Positions 19,153 to 27,998 of a stretch of 64,000 nt of DNA are shown here, in pieces. The position numbers and the translations under genes are program-made. How positions within the stretch are numbered: position 1 is the first letter of the stretch; every line of letters starts with the position of its first letter. The DNA is from an uncultured Clostridia bacterium (lineage in GTDB: Bacteria > Bacillota > Clostridia > Christensenellales > CAG-138). The DNA lies in contig CALVLD010000008.1 in assembly GCA_944336475.1 (NCBI GenBank), forward strand, positions 799 through 64,798, written 5' to 3'. The notes under the pieces were generated by a model that was given only the letters and a program-made list of their open reading frames with translations, was not told the origin of the DNA and made no database searches.

Positions 19153-19461
19153 TCATTCCCACTCAATGGCGTCTATGGACACAAGATACTCCTCCATAAA
19201 GTCCATGTAATCCTCCGCAAAGCGCATCATGTATGCCGAGTGCTGCGGACAGATCTCCTTCGCACAGCTGTGCAGCTTTTCAAATATGAACTCCTCGTCA
19301 TACACGCCATCCTCACCGAGGGAGTCCATGTACTCCATATCGATGGCGATGAGCCCCCTTACCAGTCCGTTGATATCCTCGGCGGATATGAATCCATACT
19401 CACCCTCTGCATCAAAGCGGCGAACTATCTCGGCAACAGCCTCATTGGTATTGATGTCCAT
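19153..19461 (-). CDS. Small, very acidic hypothetical protein (102 aa)
   Basis: MDINTNEAVAEIVRRFDAEGEYGF...; last gene of the LOG operon. No family recognised. Confidence 0.5.
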   Translation of the reverse strand: MDINTNEAVAEIVRRFDAEGEYGFISAEDINGLVRGLIAIDMEYMDSLGEDGVYDEEFIFEKLHSCAKEICPQHSAYMMRFAEDYMDFMEEYLVSIDAIEWE

Positions 19462-19471
19462 ATAGATCTCC

Positions 19472-19861
19472 TTAAATGATGTCAAATTCAACATGCGGAA
19501 GCTGTCTCTGCATCCGAATGGCGATGTTCTCCTGCTGCGCATCCGCACCCGTGGCGGTATCGTGCGACGCACCCATCACGATTATCCCCACACCCGCATG
19601 CTTTGCGTATTCGACGAGCGCATTTTCAACATTGTCGGCACGGAGCACGGATAGCTGACCGCCCACCACCTGCGCACAGGTGAACAGATATTCTATTGCA
19701 TCTGCCTCATAGGGGGTGTTCATGAAGTTTTGCCCCGTTTTTGCACAGTGAACAACGTGCAGCGACCTGTCGCCGCCGCATCTGTCTCGGCCGTGCATTA
19801 TCAGTCTTTCACATTGGCGCTGGCCCGTTACACAGACCATCACGTCTCCTGTATCTCTCAT
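19472..19861 (-). CDS. Universal-stress-protein-like (adenine nucleotide alpha-hydrolase fold) protein
   Basis: VMVCVTGQRQCERLI ... VEYAKHAGVGIIVMGAS resembles Usp/KdpD-Usp domains. GGAGAA RBS. Confidence 0.45.
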   Translation of the reverse strand: MRDTGDVMVCVTGQRQCERLIMHGRDRCGGDRSLHVVHCAKTGQNFMNTPYEADAIEYLFTCAQVVGGQLSVLRADNVENALVEYAKHAGVGIIVMGASHDTATGADAQQENIAIRMQRQLPHVEFDII

Positions 19862-19877
19862 CTGTTGATTCTCCGAA

Positions 19878-20474
19878 TTATTTTACGGTTGCGTCCGCAA
19901 GCTTATCACGGACTGCCATGCCGCTGTAGCTGAGTATGTACCCCATGGCGTCGCCGGGATCCGAAGCAATGTGGTAGAGCTTGAGGTACTCGACATTTGT
20001 AAAGCCTCTTTCCACACAGGTACGGAGCTGGGCGATGAGGTCGTTATAGTAGCCGCAGGTGTTGAGCAGCACTATCGGACAGTCGAAGTACCCGAGCTGC
20101 TTGAGGGTCAAAACCTCCATAAGCTCCTCAATGGTGCCAAAGCCCCCTGCAAGGGCGATGTAGGCATCGGACAGCCGCTCCATAGTCGCCTTGCGCTCAT
20201 GCATGGTCTCGGTCTGTATACGCTCAGTGCAGCCCTCAAAGTATATGCCCTCTATGTTCAGCTTGCGGGGGATTACGCCTATTATCTCGCCACCGACGCT
20301 TGATGCGCCTCGAGCAGCCTCGCCCATGAGGCCTGCCTTGCCTGCCCCGAACACCATGCCCAGACCATGCTCCGCTATAAGCCGACCCATATCATAAGCC
20401 GCCCTGCGATACACATCCGGCGCGTTCTTGCTCGATGCGCCAAACACACATATACGCTTAACACTAAAGCTCAT
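19878..20474 (-). CDS. LOG family (TIGR00730) nucleotide 5'-monophosphate nucleosidase
   Basis: ICVFGASS..., VFGAGKAGLMG, and the ALAGGFGTIEELMEV (PGGxGTxEE-type) motif. Confidence 0.85.
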   Translation of the reverse strand: MSFSVKRICVFGASSKNAPDVYRRAAYDMGRLIAEHGLGMVFGAGKAGLMGEAARGASSVGGEIIGVIPRKLNIEGIYFEGCTERIQTETMHERKATMERLSDAYIALAGGFGTIEELMEVLTLKQLGYFDCPIVLLNTCGYYNDLIAQLRTCVERGFTNVEYLKLYHIASDPGDAMGYILSYSGMAVRDKLADATVK

Positions 20475-20574
20475 TCAATAAACCACCCTTCAAGGATTAT
20501 AACATCTCCGCCGCAGCAATGGAACAGCAAAGAATGTAACATTTTGGTGAACAAAATACGGACAAAAAGCACCG

Positions 20575-22119
20575 TCAGCCGACTCTTACGATGAATATCA
20601 TGGGCGTAAGGCCGCCTGCCTCCGTCCTCTGCTGCCCAAGGAGTGTCAGCTTCTCCTCACGCTCCCTTATGAGCCGCTTGAGCAGGGTGAACTCCATTGT
20701 GTACAGTATCGCAATGCCGCCGGAGCGCACCAGCTTGGACAGCTTGTCCAGCAGACCGGCATAGAGCCTTTCGCAGTAGGAATGGCTGCCCACACGGTTT
20801 CCGAAGGGCAGGTTGCAGATAAGCTCGTCATATGGTCTGTGGCATTCAAACCGCAGTATGTCATTCACCACATACTTTGCATCCACACCGGAGAGGGCTG
20901 TGTTGCGCCTTGCTATTTCAATGCTTTTGTGGGCAATATCCACCCCCGTGAGCGATGCGCAGGGAGAGAGCAGCCCACGCTCTATAAGCAGAGTGCCGCT
21001 GCCGCAGCAGGGATCCAGCACTCTTGCGTTGACGGAGAGATGCTCCGAGGCGAACCTCAGCACCGCCGCCGCAACTGAGGGATCCATGGATGCCGGTATG
21101 GACTCCGCACGATAGGCGAAGCGGCTGTCATTGTATGTGAACAGCTTGCAGTAGAGCCTTGCCGAGCTCATGCTCCCCTCTATCCTCAGCTCCACCTCGT
21201 AGTCGGAGGGCAGATTGGCAAGCGCTGCACTCTCCAGCTTCATGCATATGCGGCGGATGAGATCCGCACGATTCCCCACGGGGATCTTAAGCTCCACACG
21301 GAAGCGATACGGCGCATCGCCCGTGTGAGCGGTGCGCATGAGCCTTTCCATAAAGGGAGCGGCATGCTCTGCCGCAGACTCCGGCGTGAGCCTTATTCCG
21401 GAGACGATGGGGAACAGAGCTTCCGAAAAGCAGCGTGCCTCAAACAGAGCCGCATAGTCCGATGTCCTTACCTTGAGGCTGCTGCGGCGTATGTCATAGC
21501 AGGGGACGCCCATCTCATCAAGCTCGCTCTCAAGCTGATGGGTGAGCAGGTCAGGTGCACGAAGCTCAAGGGCATACTCCTCCGCAAGCCCCGTAAAGAT
21601 ATGCTCCACCTTCGGAGCGGAGGAGCGCAGAGCCGTCCAAAGCGCATTCTGCTCCTCCTCAAAGTGCTTGCGCTCGCTCTCGTCCGCAGACGGAGCGACA
21701 TGATAGTGCTTGAGGTATTCCATGGCGTTGTATCCGCCGATGCTGCCGAGGGACAGCACCATGGCGGGCCTTGCATACCGCTGGGTCTCGTGATCCAATG
21801 CGGCCGTAAGATCCGAAACGAACTCGGGCAGCCTAAGCGCTCCCATGAGCCTTGCTGCGTTGCGGCGCAGCTTGCCGTTTTCCGAGCGCAGAGTCGCACG
21901 GATGGCGGCGATGAGCTCCGCATCCTCCAGCATATGGATAATAAATGAGGATTTTTTGGTAAAGCGCACCAGAAGCGAGGAGGCAAGCCCCTCTGTCTTG
22001 AACAGCTCAACGGCATCGGCATATAATGCGTTGAGATCGATATTCATATCCATGAGCTTCTCTGCGCCGTTGGGACGCCCAAGCTCGAATTTTATTTCAT
22101 CCTTGGTGAGCCTTTTCAT
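20575..22119 (-). CDS. THUMP/UPF0020-type SAM-dependent RNA methyltransferase with an N-terminal HEAT-like extension
   Basis: The C-terminal half has VLDPCCGSGTLLIE (motif I) and CNLPFGNRVG (motif IV). The N-terminal ~170 aa has HEAT-like RRNAARLMGALRLPEFVSDLTAALDHE. Confidence 0.7.
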   Translation of the reverse strand: MKRLTKDEIKFELGRPNGAEKLMDMNIDLNALYADAVELFKTEGLASSLLVRFTKKSSFIIHMLEDAELIAAIRATLRSENGKLRRNAARLMGALRLPEFVSDLTAALDHETQRYARPAMVLSLGSIGGYNAMEYLKHYHVAPSADESERKHFEEEQNALWTALRSSAPKVEHIFTGLAEEYALELRAPDLLTHQLESELDEMGVPCYDIRRSSLKVRTSDYAALFEARCFSEALFPIVSGIRLTPESAAEHAAPFMERLMRTAHTGDAPYRFRVELKIPVGNRADLIRRICMKLESAALANLPSDYEVELRIEGSMSSARLYCKLFTYNDSRFAYRAESIPASMDPSVAAAVLRFASEHLSVNARVLDPCCGSGTLLIERGLLSPCASLTGVDIAHKSIEIARRNTALSGVDAKYVVNDILRFECHRPYDELICNLPFGNRVGSHSYCERLYAGLLDKLSKLVRSGGIAILYTMEFTLLKRLIREREEKLTLLGQQRTEAGGLTPMIFIVRVG

Positions 22120-22122
22120 TGG

Positions 22123-23220
22123 TTACTTCTTTCCTGCCGCAGCCTTTAATATAACATTGAGCACCTCCTGAGTGCCGTCAAGCAGCGGATCGGCCTTCAT
22201 CCGTCGTATCATGGATTCCCTGTTGGCGTAGAGCTCCCTGACACGAGCGGCAAGCGTCTCCGCAGTGACGTCCCTTTGCTCCATCACGGCGGCGTAGCCC
22301 TTCTTCCGCACATACTCGGCATTGAGTATCTGGTCCCCTCGGCTGGCCTCAAGAGGCAGGGGGATGAGGAGCGCAGGTATGCCGAGGGAGAGGAACTCAA
22401 ACACGGCGTTTGCCCCGGCACGGCTTATCATGAGCGAGGTCGCAGCAAGCATATGGGGAAGCTCCTTCCCAACGTACTCAAATTGAACATAGGAAGGATG
22501 GACTACATCGGGATCCACCTTGCCCCTGCCGCAGAGATGGACTATGTCAAAATCTTTCGTCAGCACCGGCAGAGCCTCCCTCACCGCAATGTTTATCGCC
22601 GCTGCTCCGAGGCTGCCGCCCATCACCATTATGACGGGCTTTTTGCCGTTAAAACCCATGGCACGCAGGCCGGCTTCACGATCGCCGGAATACAGCTCCC
22701 GCCGTATGGGAGTGCCCGTGTGAATGGCCTTTTTGCGGACTGATCTGCTCGAAAGGGCAATGGTGTCCTCAAATGTCATGCACACGGTGTCGGCGCAGCG
22801 CGATGCCAACTTGTTGGCAAGCCCTGGAGTATAGTCCGATTCGTGGCACACGACAGGGCAGCGCCCGTGCGCAGCTATCACAACGGGAACGCTTACAAAG
22901 CCGCCCTTGGAGAATACCACGTCGGGTTTGACCTCCCTGATCATGCGCCTTGCCTGGCGTATGCCCTTGAGCACCTTGAACGGATCGGACAGGTTCTTTA
23001 GCGAGGCATATCTGCGGAGCTTACCGGAATCGACGGCATGGAATTTAATATCGGGCTGTGCAGAAATAAGCTCATGCTCTATGCCGTCCGCCGTACCGGC
23101 ATAGTGTATCTCGAAACCGGCATTTCTCAGACCGGGAAGCAGAGCTATGTTGGGTGTCACATGACCGGCGGAGCCTCCACCGGTCAGGAGTATGGTCTTT
23201 GTCATATTCATACCTTTCAT
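22123..23220 (-). CDS. murG: UDP-N-acetylglucosamine--N-acetylmuramyl-(pentapeptide) pyrophosphoryl-undecaprenol GlcNAc transferase
   Basis: ILLTGGGSAGHVTPNIAL ... ISRAGANAVFE. The exact start among three nearby Met codons is uncertain. Confidence 0.9.
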   Translation of the reverse strand: MKGMNMTKTILLTGGGSAGHVTPNIALLPGLRNAGFEIHYAGTADGIEHELISAQPDIKFHAVDSGKLRRYASLKNLSDPFKVLKGIRQARRMIREVKPDVVFSKGGFVSVPVVIAAHGRCPVVCHESDYTPGLANKLASRCADTVCMTFEDTIALSSRSVRKKAIHTGTPIRRELYSGDREAGLRAMGFNGKKPVIMVMGGSLGAAAINIAVREALPVLTKDFDIVHLCGRGKVDPDVVHPSYVQFEYVGKELPHMLAATSLMISRAGANAVFEFLSLGIPALLIPLPLEASRGDQILNAEYVRKKGYAAVMEQRDVTAETLAARVRELYANRESMIRRMKADPLLDGTQEVLNVILKAAAGKK

Positions 23221-23409
23221 ACAGGCGTCATCATCACATTCTTACAATATGCAAACGCCCTAAGGGGCGACACATGCGCCCCACACCATTGTACAATACT
23301 TTTTGTCCAAGGTAAAGCCCTTTAGGGGCTGCAATAACGATAAAAAGCTTGTAACAGGGCGTGATTTATGATATAAACTCAGTGTAACACACAATGGAGG
23401 GTTTCCGGT

Positions 23410-24732
23410 ATGAATGAGTTCTGTAACTGCAATTGGAATGAGGGGGCGGAGGCAATTGCCGCAATGCTGCCCCGCCTGACGGTACTGCGAGGAATACTTG
23501 AGGATGAGCCCATGGCAGAGCTTCGCCGCTGTGCCGATGCGCTGATAGTGGGGGATGTGCGTGCCGCTTCGGATGCCTGTTGCCGCATGACCGCAGCGCT
23601 TGTCACCTGCGGCAGCCGCCGCGTGAGCGGCAATCTGTTTAAGGACTATCTGCTCCATGCACTGTTGACAGGGGAGCATCCATTTGCAGCGATGGCGGCG
23701 GACAGGAACATCGACGATGCAGTCTATACGGCAATGCGCAGGGATGTAGAACTGGTGCAGGAGCTCATGGCGCTCAACGCCGGGGATCTCTACCGTTTTG
23801 TGCAGGAACGCTACCGGGAGCTTCGCCAGCGCACCCGTCAAAAGAGTGACTCTGCGACCCAGCTTGCTTCCGCAGCATGGGGGGGCGTCACGCTGAGGCC
23901 TTCCAGGGAGGAGCCGCTGCTGGCTGTGCTTCCTGCCGCGCTGCCCGAGGCTGCGCCTGTGTGGGACTATGGCGACGAGGGGCTGCATGACAGCTATGCC
24001 GCAGACGAGGCGCTGGAGGAGATGTACCACAGGCTGTTGAGCGGCTGCGCAGACAGCGCCGCAATGACACAGGATCTATGGAATTTTTTTGCAGCATACG
24101 GCACGGGCGTGTTCCTCAAAAGCCGTGCGTTTGTTTGGGAAAACGGCGCGCTCCTGCCCGTTGTGGAGCCAAGGGTGACGGAGCACAGGCCCCTGTTTGA
24201 AAACGAATACGGCAGGATGCTCGGATATGCCATAGACTTCATGCGTGACGGAGTTGCGGAGCCCGTGCTCCTTTCCGGTGAGCTCGGCATGGGAAAGACC
24301 ACGATGATACTCTCCATAGCCGACGAGTTGCCCGAAATGCGCCTTGTGTATGTACGCAGAGCCGGCGATGTGGATACGCTCATGCGTCTGCTCTCAAAAC
24401 AGCCGCTCAAGTTTATGGTTGCACTCGATGATGACGGTCAGGCGGCAAAGATGAATATGGCGGCCCGTTATCTGCCTCTCAATGTCCTGCTCGTGGCGAT
24501 CTCCTCCAAGCCGCTCATCGGCGGAGGCATATTTACACGCAGGGTCATGCTCAAGGCTCCCGGTGCGGAGGGATTCATCCGCATGGTGAATAGCATACTC
24601 GACGCAAGGGGTATATCCGTGCCGACGGATATGGTGCGTGCGGCGTGCGCAGAGTTTCAAACGCAGAACAACGGAGAGGCGACCGCCTCTGCGGCAGCCA
24701 CGGTCGCCGCAAACCTCATCGGAAGGATGTAG
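23410..24732 (+). CDS. ATP-binding protein, COG2607/DUF815-like AAA ATPase
   Basis: The C-terminal half has PVLLSGELGMGKTTMILSIADEL ... FMVALDD, matching the DUF815 layout. The N-terminal half is unassigned. Confidence 0.5.
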   Translation: MNEFCNCNWNEGAEAIAAMLPRLTVLRGILEDEPMAELRRCADALIVGDVRAASDACCRMTAALVTCGSRRVSGNLFKDYLLHALLTGEHPFAAMAADRNIDDAVYTAMRRDVELVQELMALNAGDLYRFVQERYRELRQRTRQKSDSATQLASAAWGGVTLRPSREEPLLAVLPAALPEAAPVWDYGDEGLHDSYAADEALEEMYHRLLSGCADSAAMTQDLWNFFAAYGTGVFLKSRAFVWENGALLPVVEPRVTEHRPLFENEYGRMLGYAIDFMRDGVAEPVLLSGELGMGKTTMILSIADELPEMRLVYVRRAGDVDTLMRLLSKQPLKFMVALDDDGQAAKMNMAARYLPLNVLLVAISSKPLIGGGIFTRRVMLKAPGAEGFIRMVNSILDARGISVPTDMVRAACAEFQTQNNGEATASAAATVAANLIGRM

Positions 24733-24735
24733 TGC

Positions 24736-25551
24736 GTGTTTCCATCGTTTGAGCTGTTGGGCATAGAAATATCCATGTATGCGCTGTGCATGGCGGCAGG
24801 GCTTATCCTCGCCTCCGCCATATCCGTTGTGCGAATTAAAAAGCGCAGACTCTCCGTCACAAACGCCCTAATAATGATTGCCGCAGCATTCCTGGCGGGC
24901 ATCATCGGGGCAAAGCTGCTGTTTGTGTTCGTTACATACGACATTCGAACGATAGTCGAGGCAGTGCTAAGAGCTGACTATCACTTCTTCCTCAATTCCG
25001 GGCTTGTATACTACGGCGGCCTTATAGCGGGCATCGGCGGCGCTGCGCTTGCGGCCAAACGCATAGGGGTCAACTTTGCGGAGTATACCGACGCTGCAAT
25101 ACCCACGCTGCCCCTTGCCCATGCGCTGGGCAGAGTGGGTTGCTTCTGCGCCGGCTGCTGCTACGGCATGGAGTATCACGGATGCCTTGCCGTGCGGTTT
25201 CCGGAGCTTGGCGGCGTGGAGACATTGCCCATACAGCTCATCGAGGCGGCGGGCAATGTGGCCCTGTTTGTGTTCCTCATGCTTCTTACAAGACGGCGCC
25301 GTCACGGCTATACCACGCTTTTTGCATACCTGGGGCTCTACTCGATGGAGCGCTTTATACTTGAGTTCTTCCGAGGCGATGACATACGGGGGATGTTCGG
25401 GGGACTGTCCACATCGCAGTGGATAAGCATAGGCATATTCGTATCCGCCGCTATATACTTTATAGCGTACATAAGGGACAGGGCGTGCGGCAATATAATA
25501 GACGTGCCCGAGCAGGAACACATAGTACCGGCAGAGGATGACGATAGTTAG
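24736..25551 (+). CDS. lgt: Prolipoprotein diacylglyceryl transferase
   Basis: HALGRVGCFCAGCCYG signature. GTG start with a GGAAGGA RBS. Confidence 0.9.
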   Translation: MFPSFELLGIEISMYALCMAAGLILASAISVVRIKKRRLSVTNALIMIAAAFLAGIIGAKLLFVFVTYDIRTIVEAVLRADYHFFLNSGLVYYGGLIAGIGGAALAAKRIGVNFAEYTDAAIPTLPLAHALGRVGCFCAGCCYGMEYHGCLAVRFPELGGVETLPIQLIEAAGNVALFVFLMLLTRRRRHGYTTLFAYLGLYSMERFILEFFRGDDIRGMFGGLSTSQWISIGIFVSAAIYFIAYIRDRACGNIIDVPEQEHIVPAEDDDS

Positions 25552-25594
25552 CAGCGTTAACCACCAAAACTAATATATTGTGTTCTGAATTTTC

Positions 25595-25616
25595 CGAACA
25601 CCATATATGGTGTTCG
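25595..25616. promoter_or_regulatory. Perfect 22-bp palindrome upstream of the dnaA promoter (candidate operator)
   Basis: CGAACACCATATATGGTGTTCG at 25595-25616, about 50 bp upstream of the -35. Confidence 0.35.
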
Positions 25617-25663
25617 ATTGAGCAAGCGGGCACAAGTTTGCAAAAAAAGTCGATGCCGAGTTC

Positions 25664-25692
25664 TTGAAATTATTACTTCGATTTGTTATCAT
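25664..25692 (+). promoter_or_regulatory. Promoter TTGAAA, 17-nt spacer, TATCAT (TGT-extended) for dnaA
   Basis: TTGAAA 25664-25669 and TATCAT 25687-25692. Confidence 0.45.
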
Positions 25693-25766
25693 ATGTACAG
25701 GTGCTTGGCGTACTGCCTATAGCTCCTTCTTTTTCACTAAAAGGGTATCCGTGGGGGGACTTTCAG

Positions 25767-27101
25767 ATGCTGTCGGCGCAAGTCGTATGGACAAGGGCAC
25801 TCGAGCTGCTCAAAGAACAGATGACACCAACCAGTTTCAACACATGGGTGAGGGACATTAAGCCCATATCCGTTGAGGGCAACTCGCTTGTGCTCATGGT
25901 GGAGAACGATCTCTACCTCAGCACTCTTCGCAAGTTCTACACGGAGACCATCACGAGCTGTGTCAATGCTGCAAACGACTCCAACATGACCATCAGCTTT
26001 ATACTCCCGGCGGATGAGGATGATATCAGGAGCAGCCGGAGCGTTTCGGATTCCGACAGACCGCACGGCACATGCACCAACCTGCAGTCAAAGTACACAT
26101 TTGAGACATTTGTTACCGGTGAATCCAACCGGTTCACCCATGCAGCGGCTCTTGCCGTTGCGGAGAATCCTGCGCTTGCATACAACCCCCTGTTCATATA
26201 CGGCGGAGTGGGTCTCGGCAAAACGCATCTGCTGCACGCCATAGGCAACTGGGCGCATGACACACATCCCGAGTTCAACATCCTCTGCACCACAAGCGAG
26301 GATTTTACAAACGATGTCATAAATGCTATTCAGACAAACACCCGTCAGCAGCTTCGGGACAAGTACCGCAGCGTTGATCTTCTGCTCATCGATGACATTC
26401 AGTTCATAGCCGGCAAGGAGTCCACCGAGTCGGAGTTTTTCCACACATTCAATGCACTGAGGGATGCCGGCAAGCAGATAGTAATCACATCCGACAGGCC
26501 ACCCAAGGACATATCCGGCCTGGCTGAGCGGCTCCGTGCACGCTTCCTCTGGGGTCTGCTCACCGATATTCAGCCCCCCGACCTGGAGACACGCATAGCA
26601 ATACTTCGCCGCAAGGCGGCGAGGGAGAACGTTGACGTTACAGAGGATGTTCTCAACTATATAGCAGAGCGGGTGAGCTCCAACATCCGTGAGCTGGAGG
26701 GGAGCTTTAACCGGGTTGTGGCGTATGCCGACTTTTCAAAAAAGGCTATCACACTGTCCTTTGCTGAGACCGTGCTGAGAGACTTCAACCCGGAGGGCGG
26801 CAGGCCGTCCATAACGCTGGAGCTCATCGCACAGGTAGTCGCCAACTATTATGACCTTACCATGGAGGAGATGCTCTCCAATAAGAGGGAGCGACGCATT
26901 GCCTTCCCGAGGCAGATAGCAATGTATATATCCCGCACACTGACAAACAGCTCCTATCCTGACATCGGCAAATTCTTCGGGGGGAAGCATTATTCCACCG
27001 TCATGTACGGCTGTGATCAGATAGTCAAGGAAGTGAACACAAAGCAGGAGGTTTCGAATGCCGTTGATGATATCATCAGCCGCATAATGACAACTGACTG
27101 A
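25767..27101 (+). CDS. dnaA: Chromosomal replication initiator protein DnaA
   Basis: W..ALELLKEQMTPTSFNTWV, Walker A GGVGLGKTHLLHAIG, and a domain IV tail (RxIAFPRQIAMYISRTLT). ATG at 25767. Confidence 0.95.
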   Translation: MLSAQVVWTRALELLKEQMTPTSFNTWVRDIKPISVEGNSLVLMVENDLYLSTLRKFYTETITSCVNAANDSNMTISFILPADEDDIRSSRSVSDSDRPHGTCTNLQSKYTFETFVTGESNRFTHAAALAVAENPALAYNPLFIYGGVGLGKTHLLHAIGNWAHDTHPEFNILCTTSEDFTNDVINAIQTNTRQQLRDKYRSVDLLLIDDIQFIAGKESTESEFFHTFNALRDAGKQIVITSDRPPKDISGLAERLRARFLWGLLTDIQPPDLETRIAILRRKAARENVDVTEDVLNYIAERVSSNIRELEGSFNRVVAYADFSKKAITLSFAETVLRDFNPEGGRPSITLELIAQVVANYYDLTMEEMLSNKRERRIAFPRQIAMYISRTLTNSSYPDIGKFFGGKHYSTVMYGCDQIVKEVNTKQEVSNAVDDIISRIMTTD

Positions 27102-27175
27102 ACGCTCCAACGCTTGTTTTATTAGGCGAGTTTGTTGAGGTCACGTTTCTTTACCGATAATTTTCGTAATAATAC

Positions 27176-27204
27176 TTGACTGACAAAATGTTTTGCTGTA
27201 AAAT
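27176..27204 (+). promoter_or_regulatory. Promoter TTGACT, 17-nt spacer, TAAAAT overlapped by an imperfect inverted repeat (possible TetR operator)
   Basis: TTGACT 27176-27181 and TAAAAT 27199-27204. TGACAAAAT...ATTATGTCA flanks the spacer and -10. Confidence 0.45.
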
Positions 27205-27288
27205 TATGTCAACGCATTCACGTTTACCCAATCTTGGGGCGGCGTATGGGGATTCGCCGCAACGTGAAAAAATGGGGGTTACATAAAA

Positions 27289-27870
27289 ATGGTAAAACAA
27301 CGAAAAGGCGACCGCACGCGTGTGCGCATCCTTGGTGTTGCCGACGAACTCTTTGCGACCAAGGGGTTCAACGGCGTAACCATGATAGAGATTTGCCAGA
27401 AGGTGGGTCTCAGCAGAGGTGGGCTGTATCGCTACTACTCGTCCACGGGAGCATTGCTGGATGCGGTAATGGCGCATCGCGTAGAACATGGCCGCGAAAT
27501 TTTTGAAAGGCTGTGTGCGCAGGGGCTGCCTCCAACCGATATACTAAGGGAATACCTGCTTGATCAATTCAAAATGGCGGTTCAACGCCAAGCAACGCTT
27601 GACAGAGCGATATATGAGTATGTACGCTGTGGCAAGGGCTCGAGCGAATACATCGCACAATACCACGAAAAGCAAATCAATATAATCAGGACGATGATCG
27701 AAATGGGCCAGGCGTCTGGCGAGTTTGTCGCAGGGGATGCATACATGCTTGCCGTCGGTATACTCTGGAGCATACAAGGAGCCGCAACCAATGCCGCAAT
27801 ATTCAGACCAGATGACAAGCAGATAGCCGGGCACGTCGAAATGAATATAAGACAACTGTCGGCAAGGTAG
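27289..27870 (+). CDS. TetR/AcrR family transcriptional regulator
   Basis: N-terminal HTH: RTRVRILGVADELFATKGFNGVTMIEICQKVGLSRGGLYRYY. Confidence 0.85.
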   Translation: MVKQRKGDRTRVRILGVADELFATKGFNGVTMIEICQKVGLSRGGLYRYYSSTGALLDAVMAHRVEHGREIFERLCAQGLPPTDILREYLLDQFKMAVQRQATLDRAIYEYVRCGKGSSEYIAQYHEKQINIIRTMIEMGQASGEFVAGDAYMLAVGILWSIQGAATNAAIFRPDDKQIAGHVEMNIRQLSAR

Positions 27871-27998
27871 CTGTTTTACTGCAATACGCCTGCCAACCAC
27901 AACATATCCGTCAATTCCGGCTCGTTACAAGAGCGCTTTCTTCTGTGTGCCAGATCATGTGCGGTGCGCTTTACTTTAGTGTACTCTGCAAGCGGACG

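Noticed and set aside
23254-23328. Two similar short hairpins (CGCCCTAAGGGGCG and AGCCCTTTAGGGGCT) in the murG/ATPase divergent region.
   Set aside because: They are very short (5-bp stems) and plausibly just promoter-region structure or bidirectional regulatory noise. There is not enough signal to call a feature.
25595-25616. The palindrome CGAACACCATATATGGTGTTCG as a LexA (Cheo) box.
   Set aside because: The Firmicutes SOS box is GAAC-N4-GTTC, whereas here the arms are separated by 12 nt. It is kept only as an unassigned operator candidate.
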